IMG/VR virus record: IMGVR_UViG_3300010354_015978
Coordinates: 1 to 64,000 of that record
Strand: one strand, 5' to 3'
From: a virus
Length of the DNA: 64,000 nucleotides
In this document: positions 19,691 through 29,481 of the stretch, in pieces
Position numbering within the stretch: the first letter of the stretch is position 1
How the letters are laid out: every line of letters starts with the position of its first letter
Program-made: the position numbers and the translations under genes
The notes under the pieces: generated by a model
Databases searched by the model: none
What the model was told of the DNA's origin: nothing
What the model saw: the letters and a program-made list of their open reading frames with translations, nothing else

Positions 19691-21394
19691 ATGGCATATA
19701 CCATCAACCTAACTGACGGCACCGTATTTGCTACCATAGCAGACGGTACCATCAATACCAGTTCCAGCATGGTGCTGGTGGGTAAGAACTACGCCGGATA
19801 CGGTGAGTTCCTTGACGAGAACTTCATCCACTTGCTGGAAAACGGTGCCAACACCACCGCTCCAGGCGCGCCCCTAACGGGTCAGCTTTGGTGGGACAAA
19901 ACCAACAATGTCATGAAGGTCTATAACGGATCCACTTTCAAAGTGATTTCCGCATCCACCGCATCGGCCACACAGCCCAGCAGCAACGTAGCAGGTGACT
20001 TGTGGTTTGACACCGTGAATCAGCAGTTGAAGGTATACAACGGCGCGTCGTTTATCCTGGTTGGACCAGCCAGCTCAGCAGGCGAAGGTACATCCGGTGC
20101 CATTGTCAACACTATCACCGACAACCTTACCACAGATCACGTGGTGGTTGAACTCTACTGTAACAACGTCCTAGTTGGTATCGTGTCCAAGGACAGTCCG
20201 GCATTTACTCCGGTGCCGTCAATCGCAGGCTTCTCTACTATTGGTGCGGGCATCCAGCTCAGCACAGCAGTTACAGGAGCCTTGTTCCGCGGTACTGCCA
20301 CTGACGCTGCTACACTTGACAGTCTCAACAGCACCCAGTTCTTGCGCAGCGACACCAATGACACTACGTCGGGCACGCTGGGCATCCTTAATGACACTGG
20401 TTTGACTGTGGGTCTGGATCAAGATGCCAAGATCTCCGTGAACACTGCCACTTCTGAAGTAACATTTGCCAACCAAACCCTGGATGGCAACCTCAGCCTC
20501 AAGGTCAATGACGGTGGTGCCATCACCACTGTGTTCTTTGTAAATGGCTCTACTTCGGCTGTCAGCATTCCATCTACACTCACTGTCACCGGCAACGTCA
20601 CAGCCCCGTTCTTTATTGGTAACGTGGTTGGTTCGTTCTCGGGCAACGTCACTGCTCCTGGCAGTGATCAACAGGTTGTATTCAACAACAGCGGTCTACT
20701 GGGCGCTGCATCGGGTCTGTTGTTCAACAGCAGCACCAATGCTCTCACAGTGGGCGGCAACATCACAGCCGGCAACGTGGCTGCCACGGGCATACTCAGC
20801 ACATCGGCCATCACCAAGACTGGTGGCAACGGTGTAGGCAACGTGGGCAGCACCACCAACGTATTCAATACGATTTTTGGTACCACTGGTTCGTTCAATT
20901 CTGTCAGCGTGGAGAGCATTACCAAGACCGGCGCCAACGGCGTTGGCAACATTGGTAGCTCGACCAGCGTGTTCAACACAGTGTTTGCGCAGGCAACATC
21001 AGCGCAATACGCTGACGTGGCTGAACGCTTTGCGGCCGACGAAGTGCTGGAGCCCGGCACCGTGGTTGAGCTGGGCGGATCGGCTGAAATTACTCGTGCC
21101 AAGTCCGACCTCAGCGAAAACGTGTTTGGCGTAATCAGCACCCGTGCTGCTTATCTAATGAACTCTGCTGCTGGCGATGACGTCACCCATCCTCCCGTGG
21201 CCATGACAGGTCGCGTTCCGGTCAAGGTAACTGGCGTTGTGCGCAAAGGCGATCGCTTGGTATCTGCGGGCGAAGGCATGGCACGTGCGGCTTTGTCAGG
21301 TGAAGCCACTCCGTTCAACGTGATTGGTCGAGCGCTGACCAGCAAAGACACATCAGATGTTGGCACTGTAGAAGCCATCGTTACAATCAAGTAA
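19691..21394 (+). CDS. Tail fibre protein with C-terminal autoproteolytic/chaperone-like (peptidase G2-type) domain
   Basis: N-terminus GKNYAGYGEFLDENFIHLLEN, GQLWWD/GDLWFD repeats, a Gly/Thr/Asn-rich shaft and C-terminus QYADVAERF...PVAMTGRVPVKV.G.VRKGDRLV. GGAG ribosome-binding site upstream. Confidence 0.75.
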   Translation: MAYTINLTDGTVFATIADGTINTSSSMVLVGKNYAGYGEFLDENFIHLLENGANTTAPGAPLTGQLWWDKTNNVMKVYNGSTFKVISASTASATQPSSNVAGDLWFDTVNQQLKVYNGASFILVGPASSAGEGTSGAIVNTITDNLTTDHVVVELYCNNVLVGIVSKDSPAFTPVPSIAGFSTIGAGIQLSTAVTGALFRGTATDAATLDSLNSTQFLRSDTNDTTSGTLGILNDTGLTVGLDQDAKISVNTATSEVTFANQTLDGNLSLKVNDGGAITTVFFVNGSTSAVSIPSTLTVTGNVTAPFFIGNVVGSFSGNVTAPGSDQQVVFNNSGLLGAASGLLFNSSTNALTVGGNITAGNVAATGILSTSAITKTGGNGVGNVGSTTNVFNTIFGTTGSFNSVSVESITKTGANGVGNIGSSTSVFNTVFAQATSAQYADVAERFAADEVLEPGTVVELGGSAEITRAKSDLSENVFGVISTRAAYLMNSAAGDDVTHPPVAMTGRVPVKVTGVVRKGDRLVSAGEGMARAALSGEATPFNVIGRALTSKDTSDVGTVEAIVTIK

Positions 21395-21406
21395 GGAATC
21401 GCAGCG

Positions 21407-22402
21407 ATGACCTATACCTCAGGAAGTTTGATTGAAGCCGCTGATTACAACGGCTTTGTAAGCAGCAGCGCAAACAATGTCAACGCTATTTGGAGCACGG
21501 GCTCCGGAGACAAAGGGTATGGGCAGACCGCTATAGCCAACGTGTCTGTGGGCGGTACGGTAACAGCCACTCAGTGGGCCAGCCTGGTCAACACGCTGGC
21601 TTCCCTGGGCAGTCACCAAGGCACCACTATCACATCGCGCACAGCACCTGTGGCAGGCGATGTCATCAACATCCTGGCCAACGTGGCCACCGATATCAAC
21701 AACATCACTACTAACCGTGGCAATGCAGCGGCATCTGGCGCAGAGTATACGACATTTTCTGGCACCACTAGCAAGACCACTAGCACTGGATCGGGCACAA
21801 CGGCTTGGACCATTACCTTTACGCATACCATAACTTTTGCCAGTGCAGACGCCATGCGTTATTTTTTCAACGCAGGCGGCCGCATCAAATGGCAAACCAG
21901 CAAAACCAGCACTGGCACCGTAGCCGATACTGAATGGAACGATCTAGCCAACACCCTGGTGGGTGATATCTTTATTACTGGTGGTACCGGTACGCAGGTG
22001 ATTTCTGGTACTAGTTACACCGGCACTACCATCAGCGGTGGCACTGGCACTCCCAACATTCTGTTGACCACGACTGGTTTTTATGACCTAACAACCACTC
22101 CCACCAACATCTACCGGCAGTTTGCTGATACTGCGCCCTACACCGGTCAGTACATCAATATTGCTGCTTCGGTCAACAGCAATTCAGCACCCACGGTCAT
22201 GACCTTGACCACAACCTGGGTTGATCCAGGTGGCGCCAGCGTGGGCAGCACCGATGTTATCACAGGCGGTACTGCAACAAGCAGTCCCTTTAGCTCGTTT
22301 GGTACTGCTCCTGCCACAGTGGTCACATATTTCCCGCCCAGCACCACATATCTGACCACAGCCAGTTGGGGCACTCCCACCATAGCCGCTTCGGTGACCT
22401 GA
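21407..22402 (+). CDS. Thr/Ser/Gly-rich virion structural protein
   Basis: 331 aa, GYGQ and RYFFNAGG motifs, AAGGA ribosome-binding site; last gene of the structural block. Confidence 0.65.
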   Translation: MTYTSGSLIEAADYNGFVSSSANNVNAIWSTGSGDKGYGQTAIANVSVGGTVTATQWASLVNTLASLGSHQGTTITSRTAPVAGDVINILANVATDINNITTNRGNAAASGAEYTTFSGTTSKTTSTGSGTTAWTITFTHTITFASADAMRYFFNAGGRIKWQTSKTSTGTVADTEWNDLANTLVGDIFITGGTGTQVISGTSYTGTTISGGTGTPNILLTTTGFYDLTTTPTNIYRQFADTAPYTGQYINIAASVNSNSAPTVMTLTTTWVDPGGASVGSTDVITGGTATSSPFSSFGTAPATVVTYFPPSTTYLTTASWGTPTIAASVT

Positions 22403-22407
22403 TTTAT

Positions 22408-22436
22408 TTGACTTTACGAGGTATCCGCGCTAAAAT
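22408..22436 (+). promoter_or_regulatory. sigma70-type promoter heading the modification cluster
   Basis: TTGACT-N17-TAAAAT, with the ATG 6 nt downstream (would give a leaderless mRNA). Confidence 0.6.
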
Positions 22437-22442
22437 AGCGTT

Positions 22443-22748
22443 ATGGATACTGATGCCTTAGTCGAACAATCACGCACTAGATTTGCCCACGAAGCAGCAC
22501 GACGTGTGTTGCGAGAAAAATACCAGGCCAAATTAACTTTTGCCTATCGTGGTGGAATGTGGCGTGCCGGACCAGAACTCTTGACAGTGTTGGCCTGCTC
22601 CCAAGATGCTGAAATAGTGATCTTGGATCTCTATGACAATCCTGTTGAAATTCGAGTGGATGAGCTGGAAGCATTGGCTTACGAACGCTGGCAGGAACAA
22701 ATGCGCGCCTGGTTGGTGGAACACCGTGACATGAGCCGTGAGAGATGA
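22443..22748 (+). CDS. Hypothetical protein
   Basis: 101-aa ORF with an ATGA overlap to the next gene. Confidence 0.7.
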   Translation: MDTDALVEQSRTRFAHEAARRVLREKYQAKLTFAYRGGMWRAGPELLTVLACSQDAEIVILDLYDNPVEIRVDELEALAYERWQEQMRAWLVEHRDMSRER

Positions 22749-23503
22749 CACGCGGTGTTGTAATTTTTGCTATCCCCACCGCGGAGATTGATTATGGTGC
22801 CATGGCGCGTTGGTCAGCACAGCGCATACAAAGACATCTCAAGTTGCCGGTCACTGTGATCGACACCACTCAGCGTGAGCCAGGCCAGCGTTGGTTCAGC
22901 GATGTGGGTAACACGGTCTATTGGCACAACACCAATCGCGCTGATGCCTATGCTCTTTCGCCCTATGATGAGACCTTGGTGTTGGATGCCGATTACATTG
23001 TCAACAGCGATCAACTGTTGTGTTTGTTTGATTCGCAACATGAGTTCCTCAGCATGGGCCAGGCCTATGATGTAACTGCTCTCAGCGACGAACACAGCAT
23101 GAATACCTTTGGGCGCCACGGCATGCGCATGGCCTGGGCCACTGTCATGATGTTTCGCCGAGGCGGTTTAAGCCAAGGCGTGTTTGACATCATGGGCATG
23201 GTAAGAGACAATTGGACGCATTATCGAGACCTTTACGCATTTGAGCGTACAGCATATCGCAATGATTATGCCTTGTCTATTGCTCTCAACATCCTGCACG
23301 GTCATTGGGGACACTGGCCATCTATACCCTGGAGCATGGCCAGTGTTGATCCGCAACACAGATTGAAACAGACTGGTCGAGATACATGGGAGATCGAATT
23401 CGATACTGCCAACAAAACCACGCGACGTGTCACTGTTTCCGGACAAGATCTGCACGCCATGTGCAAACAGCAACTAGGAGCCATCGTTGCCAATTCTGGC
23501 TGA
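22745..23503 (+). CDS. Glycosyltransferase-like protein (GT-A fold, DxD)
   Basis: SPYDETLVLDADY (DxD), YRNDYALSIA. Confidence 0.6.
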   Translation: MTRGVVIFAIPTAEIDYGAMARWSAQRIQRHLKLPVTVIDTTQREPGQRWFSDVGNTVYWHNTNRADAYALSPYDETLVLDADYIVNSDQLLCLFDSQHEFLSMGQAYDVTALSDEHSMNTFGRHGMRMAWATVMMFRRGGLSQGVFDIMGMVRDNWTHYRDLYAFERTAYRNDYALSIALNILHGHWGHWPSIPWSMASVDPQHRLKQTGRDTWEIEFDTANKTTRRVTVSGQDLHAMCKQQLGAIVANSG

Positions 23504-24224
23504 ACAAGGCTACATCATCCCGGCCTTCAATACCGATACCACAGATTATGAATCCTGTGCCCAAAGACTGCGGGATAGTCTGCTGCATTGGCATCCCAAG
23601 GCCAATGTCACGGTGATTACCACACAGGATCTGCCTCATGGCGATCAAGGTGGACAAGCCAACGACTGGCAGATGTTTGCAGCCAGTCCCTATCGAGAAA
23701 CCATAAAGTTAGAAGCCGACATGCTGGTCACAGGACCAGTGGATCACTGGTGGACAACGTTCCGCTTGCGCGATGTGGTAATCAGTCAGGGCTGCCGTGA
23801 TTATCATGGACAGCCCAGCCAGGCACGCGCTTATCGCAAGTTGTTTGACGCCAATCAGTTGCCTGATGTCTACAACGCCATTACCTATTGGCGCCTCAGC
23901 GCCACGGCCAAGCAATTTTTTGATCTCACCAAGTCAATCTGGCAGAACTGGAGCCAGTTCAAAACTCTGCTGAAGTTTCCAGACGAGTCTCCCACCACTG
24001 ATGTTGTGTATGCTATGGCGGCGCAAATCATGGGACCTGACACAGTGACTCTACCACCGGGCATGGGTCCCAGTATAGTACATATGAAGCGTGACATCAT
24101 CAAAGGCGCCGCCAAGGACTGGCGCGACCATTGCGTGTGGGAATGGCATGACGGTGTGTTGCGCATCAATACCATTTCACAGTGGGGATTCTTCCACTAC
24201 CACTACAAGGATTGGCAGCCATGA
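23487..24224 (+). CDS. Glycosyltransferase-like protein, paralogue of the upstream gene
   Basis: SPYRETIKLEADM, PTTDVVYAMA, VHMK, FHY. Confidence 0.6.
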   Translation: MPILAEQGYIIPAFNTDTTDYESCAQRLRDSLLHWHPKANVTVITTQDLPHGDQGGQANDWQMFAASPYRETIKLEADMLVTGPVDHWWTTFRLRDVVISQGCRDYHGQPSQARAYRKLFDANQLPDVYNAITYWRLSATAKQFFDLTKSIWQNWSQFKTLLKFPDESPTTDVVYAMAAQIMGPDTVTLPPGMGPSIVHMKRDIIKGAAKDWRDHCVWEWHDGVLRINTISQWGFFHYHYKDWQP

Positions 24225-24553
24225 ACAACAACGAGATATTTGAACAGTTCTGGCGCGACTACAAATGGCCTGATGACGTACCCGAGCCCGAATACCGATT
24301 GTATTATGATGAACAGGGCGAAGTCATTGCTTACACCACGCAAGACATGCCCGGTAAGTACTTGCGCATCACAGCACAGCAGTTCGCTCTAGCGGATCGA
24401 CGTGTGCAAGTCAAAAACGGGCAATTGATACCTCGTGCTGTGGGCTCCGTGCATAAGTTAGTGCCCGGCGATTCTGGTACCGCATGTCACGTCCACGACG
24501 TGGCCTTGGTAGTGAGCACAGATCAACAACATCAAAAATGGCATCGAAGATGA
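24221..24553 (+). CDS. Hypothetical protein
   Basis: ATG at 24221 overlaps the upstream stop (ATGA); EYRLYYDEQG motif. Confidence 0.6.
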   Translation: MNNNEIFEQFWRDYKWPDDVPEPEYRLYYDEQGEVIAYTTQDMPGKYLRITAQQFALADRRVQVKNGQLIPRAVGSVHKLVPGDSGTACHVHDVALVVSTDQQHQKWHRR

Positions 24554-25461
24554 AAGTAGATATCGCTGACCTTGACTGCATCTATTTGTCCTACGATGAA
24601 CCCCAGAAAGAAGAACACTGGGTACGCATCAAAAACATGGTGCCTTGGGCCCAGCGTGTGGACGGGGTAAAAGGCAGCGATGCTGCTCACAAGGCCGCGG
24701 CCTCCGCCAGCACCACTGAACGCTTCGTCTTGATCGACGGTGATAATTTACCCCAGACAGAATTTTTTAATCTCAGCCTTGACATCACAGATGACAACCG
24801 GGACTGTGTGTTCCGGTGGCGCAGCCGCAATCATGTCAATGCGCTGATGTATGGCAATGGTGGATTGAGTTCATGGACTCGACGGTTCGCTCACGACATG
24901 CGCACCCATGAAAACAGCGACGGCAGTGAAGAAACACAGGTAGAGTTCTGTTTTGATCCCCGGTATTGGGCCATGCATGATTGCTACAGCACTACCTATC
25001 CTAATGGCAGTGAGTTTCAGGCCTGGCGAGCAGGATTTCGCGAAGGTGTCAAGATGTGCTTGGATCGGGGGCGCAAGCCATCCTTGAGTGAGTTCCGAGA
25101 TCGTGTACACAAACGCAATCTCGATAACTTGACCGTCTGGCAAAATGTAGGGTGCGATGTTGAGCATGGCGCCTGGGCCATTGCCGGTGCCAGGCACGGC
25201 ACATGGAAATTGATGTGCACCGATTGGGACTATCGTGAAGTACAGGATTTTGATGCACTGCGTGGAATGTGGCATGCAGGCTTTGTCAACGAGCTCATAG
25301 AAGAATACGAACAGCCGTTGAGAGACCAATTGGGACTGCCCATGTGTTTGTTGACTCCGCAGCAAAGCAGGTTCTTCAAACAGCATTATCGCAGCGACTG
25401 GCAAAATCTCGGCGTCATGGTGCGCGAGATAGATGTGATTAGACGACAAGAAGGTTGGTGA
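24550..25461 (+). CDS. Glycosyltransferase-like protein
   Basis: IYLSYDEP, RVDGVKGSDAAHKAAA, IDGDN, YGNGG, AWRAGFREGVK. The start at ATG 24550 overlaps the upstream stop. Confidence 0.6.
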   Translation: MKVDIADLDCIYLSYDEPQKEEHWVRIKNMVPWAQRVDGVKGSDAAHKAAASASTTERFVLIDGDNLPQTEFFNLSLDITDDNRDCVFRWRSRNHVNALMYGNGGLSSWTRRFAHDMRTHENSDGSEETQVEFCFDPRYWAMHDCYSTTYPNGSEFQAWRAGFREGVKMCLDRGRKPSLSEFRDRVHKRNLDNLTVWQNVGCDVEHGAWAIAGARHGTWKLMCTDWDYREVQDFDALRGMWHAGFVNELIEEYEQPLRDQLGLPMCLLTPQQSRFFKQHYRSDWQNLGVMVREIDVIRRQEGW

Positions 25462-25462
25462 C

Positions 25463-26425
25463 ATGCGTATAGTTGTGACCGGAAGCGAAGGCAGTCTCAT
25501 GCAGGCTGTGATACCAAAACTCTTGGCCAATGGCCACGACGTGGTGGGCATTGACAATCTCTACAGATATGGCAAACGCAGCGATGCTGCTGGCAGGGAT
25601 TATGAATTCCATGAACAAGATCTCATAGACCGAGCAGCAACATTTTGTCTGCTGCGCGGCGCCGATGCTGTGATACATGCGGCGGCCAAGCTCTACGGCG
25701 TGCTGGGCCTGTTACACTACCGTGCGGACATCCTGGGCGATGATACTGCCATTTGCAGTAATGTCCTACAGGCCGCAGCGCATCATGGCATCAAGCGGGT
25801 GGTGTACATGAGTTCCAGCATGGTATATGACAGCAGCATCCAAGATGTCAACGTGCCCTTGGTCGAAGAGATGACCGATACCTGCCCTGTGCTCAAGACC
25901 GATTATGGTCTCAGCAAACTGGTTGGCGAACGCATGTGCGAAGCATTTCGTCAACAGTATGGACTTGAGTACACCATATGGCGTCCATTCAATGTGGTCA
26001 GCCCACACGAGGTCAGCATGACCGAACAGGGATTCAGCCATGTGCTGCCGGACTTCATCAACAACATCGTGGGCCGACAGTTGAATCCCTTGCCCATTAT
26101 CGGCAACGGTGAACAGATACGCTGCTTTACCTGGATCGATGATGTCGCAAAAATCATAGCGGACCACAGTTTTTGTGAGGCCAGCGCCAATCAAGTGTTC
26201 AATGTTTGCAATGTAGAGCCCACGCGCATGAAGGATGCTGCATGCATGGTCTTTGAAGCAGCCACAGGGCTTGATCGCAGTGAACTTAGGTTTGAAACCA
26301 CGCGCGACTACGAACACGACGTAAAAATCAGGATACCCAGCATAGAAAAACTACAGAGATTATTGGGACCGTTCGAATTTGTATCCACCAAGGAAAGCAT
26401 TCAACGATGCCTGGCACGAGTGTAA
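25463..26425 (+). CDS. NAD-dependent epimerase/dehydratase (extended SDR)
   Basis: VVTGSEGSLM Rossmann-like motif, SSSMVY, catalytic YGLSK, GNGEQIRCF. Confidence 0.85.
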   Translation: MRIVVTGSEGSLMQAVIPKLLANGHDVVGIDNLYRYGKRSDAAGRDYEFHEQDLIDRAATFCLLRGADAVIHAAAKLYGVLGLLHYRADILGDDTAICSNVLQAAAHHGIKRVVYMSSSMVYDSSIQDVNVPLVEEMTDTCPVLKTDYGLSKLVGERMCEAFRQQYGLEYTIWRPFNVVSPHEVSMTEQGFSHVLPDFINNIVGRQLNPLPIIGNGEQIRCFTWIDDVAKIIADHSFCEASANQVFNVCNVEPTRMKDAACMVFEAATGLDRSELRFETTRDYEHDVKIRIPSIEKLQRLLGPFEFVSTKESIQRCLARV

Positions 26426-27387
26426 TAAATGTACCCAACAATGATCAGCGAATTTGGAATCGCGATCAAATAGTGATAGAAATAACTCAGGCCGCAGCCC
26501 GGGGCGACGATATCGTTGTCAGGATGAACGGCGAAGGGCCCTGCGCGGCATCCTTGGGACTGTATGATATGCTGGATCAAATAGGATATGATCCCAGCAA
26601 GATATCGATTTCGACCTGCAATCTTTTGGAAACCCATGATAGGTATACAGTTGGCCTCACGGCCCCGGACAAGCATCTTGGATGGATTCAAGACACCATG
26701 AAGGCAGGTATACCCGGCAAAGTCATATCTGCCAACACCAAGCATTTTGGACATTTTGTGGGGCACGGTTCTCTGCCCAGACTGGCCATAGCCGCGCATC
26801 TTTGGCAAAATCATCGTGAGCGCAGTCTCCAGACATATCATACCACCATGACCGATCCCTATCACAGAGAGTGGGTGGCAATAGAGGATCTTTTGTTCTA
26901 CGGGTTCGGCGATCGACTAATCACACCCGCTCTTGATCTATTGCGCCATGCTCCCTTGACCTGGGACAGAAAGAATGTTGAACCCATCATGGACAGGATG
27001 ATGTATGGCATCGTTGGTGCCTATGATCATATATTTGTGGACATAGTATGCCATACCTACTACACTGGTCGAACATTCTATCTTGATGAAAAAATCTGGC
27101 GTCCCATAATGACGCGCACCCCATTTATGGCACACGGGCCACAAAACTTCATCCCTAATCTCCGGCGTCTGGGGTTCGAAACATTTGATCGCTGGTGGGA
27201 CGAAGGTTACAGCCAAGATCCCACTCATGTACAGATCTCGGCCGTGCTGGACAACATTGACATGCTGTCTCAGAAAACCACAAATCAACTAGAGATCATG
27301 TATAATGAGATGCAGCCAGTGTTGCAGCATAATTTTGATCTTTTACTCAGATTGACCCACAAAGATTTTTTCCGGGATTACACATGA
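26407..27387 (+). CDS. Putative glycosyltransferase-like protein (EKxxxP C-terminal family)
   Basis: YLDEKIWRPIMTRTPF...LRRLGFETFDRWWDEGY; paralogous to the ORFs at 29465, 40547 and 41736. Confidence 0.5.
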   Translation: MPGTSVINVPNNDQRIWNRDQIVIEITQAAARGDDIVVRMNGEGPCAASLGLYDMLDQIGYDPSKISISTCNLLETHDRYTVGLTAPDKHLGWIQDTMKAGIPGKVISANTKHFGHFVGHGSLPRLAIAAHLWQNHRERSLQTYHTTMTDPYHREWVAIEDLLFYGFGDRLITPALDLLRHAPLTWDRKNVEPIMDRMMYGIVGAYDHIFVDIVCHTYYTGRTFYLDEKIWRPIMTRTPFMAHGPQNFIPNLRRLGFETFDRWWDEGYSQDPTHVQISAVLDNIDMLSQKTTNQLEIMYNEMQPVLQHNFDLLLRLTHKDFFRDYT

Positions 27388-28079
27388 CATATATCTTTAC
27401 CGGTGACAGTTGGGCCATGAAGGCTTTCACCAATGAAAATTACAATACTGGATGGTATGAGGAAAGCGACTTCAGGCTCAGCGATGTCTGGGAAGTACCA
27501 TATCAAGGTGTTTATGCACCGGGGCGTGGCAATCTGGATGCCATGCGTCACGTACAGAATCTAGACAGCGATCGTCCCATTATCTGGGTCTGGACCGAAG
27601 TGGGGCGAGATTATGGGGAAGTTTACGATAGGCCTCCATACGAGTGGATGCAGAGAGATGATTTTTTCCGTATACGTGCCGATCTCACAGATCGTGTGAT
27701 GGCCACCATACGCAGCAACATCAAGAATCCCATTGCACTGATCGGCGGCCTTGGAGACTTTGATCCGGTCATGGCCTACGCACACGGTTTCCATGTGCTG
27801 CATCCCAGTTGGCAAAGGTTCATGTCTGAAAAATTACAAAGTAGATATTTCCAAATGGGATGGGGTGCAGGAGACATTGGTTGGCGGCAGGATTACAATG
27901 ACATCACGCCAGGGCCAGTGGCTACCTTTGCCTGGGACGAACAGATAAAAGAATGGTCCTGGTGGGAGCAAGAAGGATACATGTGTCACGAGCACCCTAC
28001 CCCATTGAGTTGCCGTGAATTCGGCGCCCACATCAAAGATCGAGTTCTGACATGGTTGGATCCTTATGAGCAAGGGTGA
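27384..28079 (+). CDS. SGNH/GDSL-like hydrolase or acyltransferase-like protein
   Basis: N-terminal FTGDSW and C-terminal HPT. Confidence 0.5.
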   Translation: MTYIFTGDSWAMKAFTNENYNTGWYEESDFRLSDVWEVPYQGVYAPGRGNLDAMRHVQNLDSDRPIIWVWTEVGRDYGEVYDRPPYEWMQRDDFFRIRADLTDRVMATIRSNIKNPIALIGGLGDFDPVMAYAHGFHVLHPSWQRFMSEKLQSRYFQMGWGAGDIGWRQDYNDITPGPVATFAWDEQIKEWSWWEQEGYMCHEHPTPLSCREFGAHIKDRVLTWLDPYEQG

Positions 28080-29481
28080 TGAAGTAAATCAAGACTTCCG
28101 CAGCAAGTTCATGACTGATGCCGAGAGCATGCGCGAGCGCCTGGATGGTCGCAGCCCCAGTCTCTGCCTGGCCAAATGGAAACAGGTCAGCCTGCATCTC
28201 ACCACGGGACATACCAACTCCTGCTATCATCCGCCCTTGCACCGTATCACGCCCGAAGACGTGGCTCGTGATGTGTCGGGTATCCACAACACTGAACACA
28301 AGAAACAACAGCGTCGCATGATGCTGGCCGGTGAACGACCCAAGGAATGTCAGTACTGCTGGAACATGGAGGACCTTGGTCAGCTCAGTGATCGCCACTA
28401 CCGCAGCGGCGAGCCCTGGGCAGCCCTGGACTTTGATCGCATAGCCAACAGCACCGGTGATGAAGATTGGGTGCCCAGTTATGTTGAAGTCAACTTCAGT
28501 AACGCCTGCAATCTCCGATGCAGTTATTGTAGCCCGCAGTTCAGCACCAACTGGCAGCAAGAAGTCCAGCAGCACGGTGCCTATCCCACCTCAAAGCCAC
28601 ACAATGCGCCCGAACACTTTGAAGGCGAGCGCAGACCCATACCCAATCGAGACCATAATCCCTACCTTGAAGCATTTTGGCAATGGTGGCCGCGACTGTA
28701 TCCTGAACTACAGCATTTCCGCATGACCGGCGGCGAACCACTCATGGATCGCAACACCTATCGCGTGTTTGACTATGTGCTAGAGAATCCCAATCCACGC
28801 CTGCATCTCAACGTCACCAGCAACTTCAGCGTGGATGAACGTCTTTGGCAGAAGTACAAGGGCTATGTAAAGCGCCTTTGCGAAAATGACAACGTAGAAC
28901 ATTTCATGCAGTATGTGAGCCTGGACTCCTGGGGAGCGCAGGCTGAATACATCCGCGATGGTCTGGATTTTGATCTCTTGTGGGATCGTGTGCATCAATA
29001 TCTCACTGAGATACCTTATCGCAACAGTCTCACATTCATCATAACCATGAACAATCTGTCGGTCACGGGTCTCAAAACCCTGCTGGAAAACATCCTGGAT
29101 CTGCGCATGCGCTACAGCCACAGTTATCAGCGCGTATGGTTTGACACACCGGTGCTGCGACAACCGGCCTGGCAGAGCCTGCAGATCCTGCCTGAAAGTT
29201 ATCAGTACCGCATGCGCACCACGCTGGAGTGGATGCGCTACTTCCAGGAGACTCCGGAACGTAGATTCCAGGGCTTCAAGGACTATGAAATACAGCGCAT
29301 GGAACGTGACATAGACTGGATGAGCCAGCCACAGAATCGCACTGCCCGTGAAAAGAAAATGGCTGACTTCTACAGATTTTTCAACGAACATGACCGCAGA
29401 CGTGGCACAGACTTCTTGGCCACTTTCCCAGAGATGCGTGCCTGGTGGCAACAGTGTGAATTGCATGCCCGAGAAACTTAA
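28066..29481 (+). CDS. Radical SAM protein with N-terminal twitch-like domain (1)
   Basis: CNLRCSYC, TGGEPL; N-terminal CLAKW..SCYH..CQYCW. Confidence 0.9.
   Translation: MSKGDEVNQDFRSKFMTDAESMRERLDGRSPSLCLAKWKQVSLHLTTGHTNSCYHPPLHRITPEDVARDVSGIHNTEHKKQQRRMMLAGERPKECQYCWNMEDLGQLSDRHYRSGEPWAALDFDRIANSTGDEDWVPSYVEVNFSNACNLRCSYCSPQFSTNWQQEVQQHGAYPTSKPHNAPEHFEGERRPIPNRDHNPYLEAFWQWWPRLYPELQHFRMTGGEPLMDRNTYRVFDYVLENPNPRLHLNVTSNFSVDERLWQKYKGYVKRLCENDNVEHFMQYVSLDSWGAQAEYIRDGLDFDLLWDRVHQYLTEIPYRNSLTFIITMNNLSVTGLKTLLENILDLRMRYSHSYQRVWFDTPVLRQPAWQSLQILPESYQYRMRTTLEWMRYFQETPERRFQGFKDYEIQRMERDIDWMSQPQNRTAREKKMADFYRFFNEHDRRRGTDFLATFPEMRAWWQQCELHARET

Noticed and set aside
3514-22402. Diversity-generating retroelement targeting the tail proteins
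   Set aside because: No reverse transcriptase is present and no TR/VR pair differing only at adenines was seen; the repeats differ at synonymous positions of all bases.
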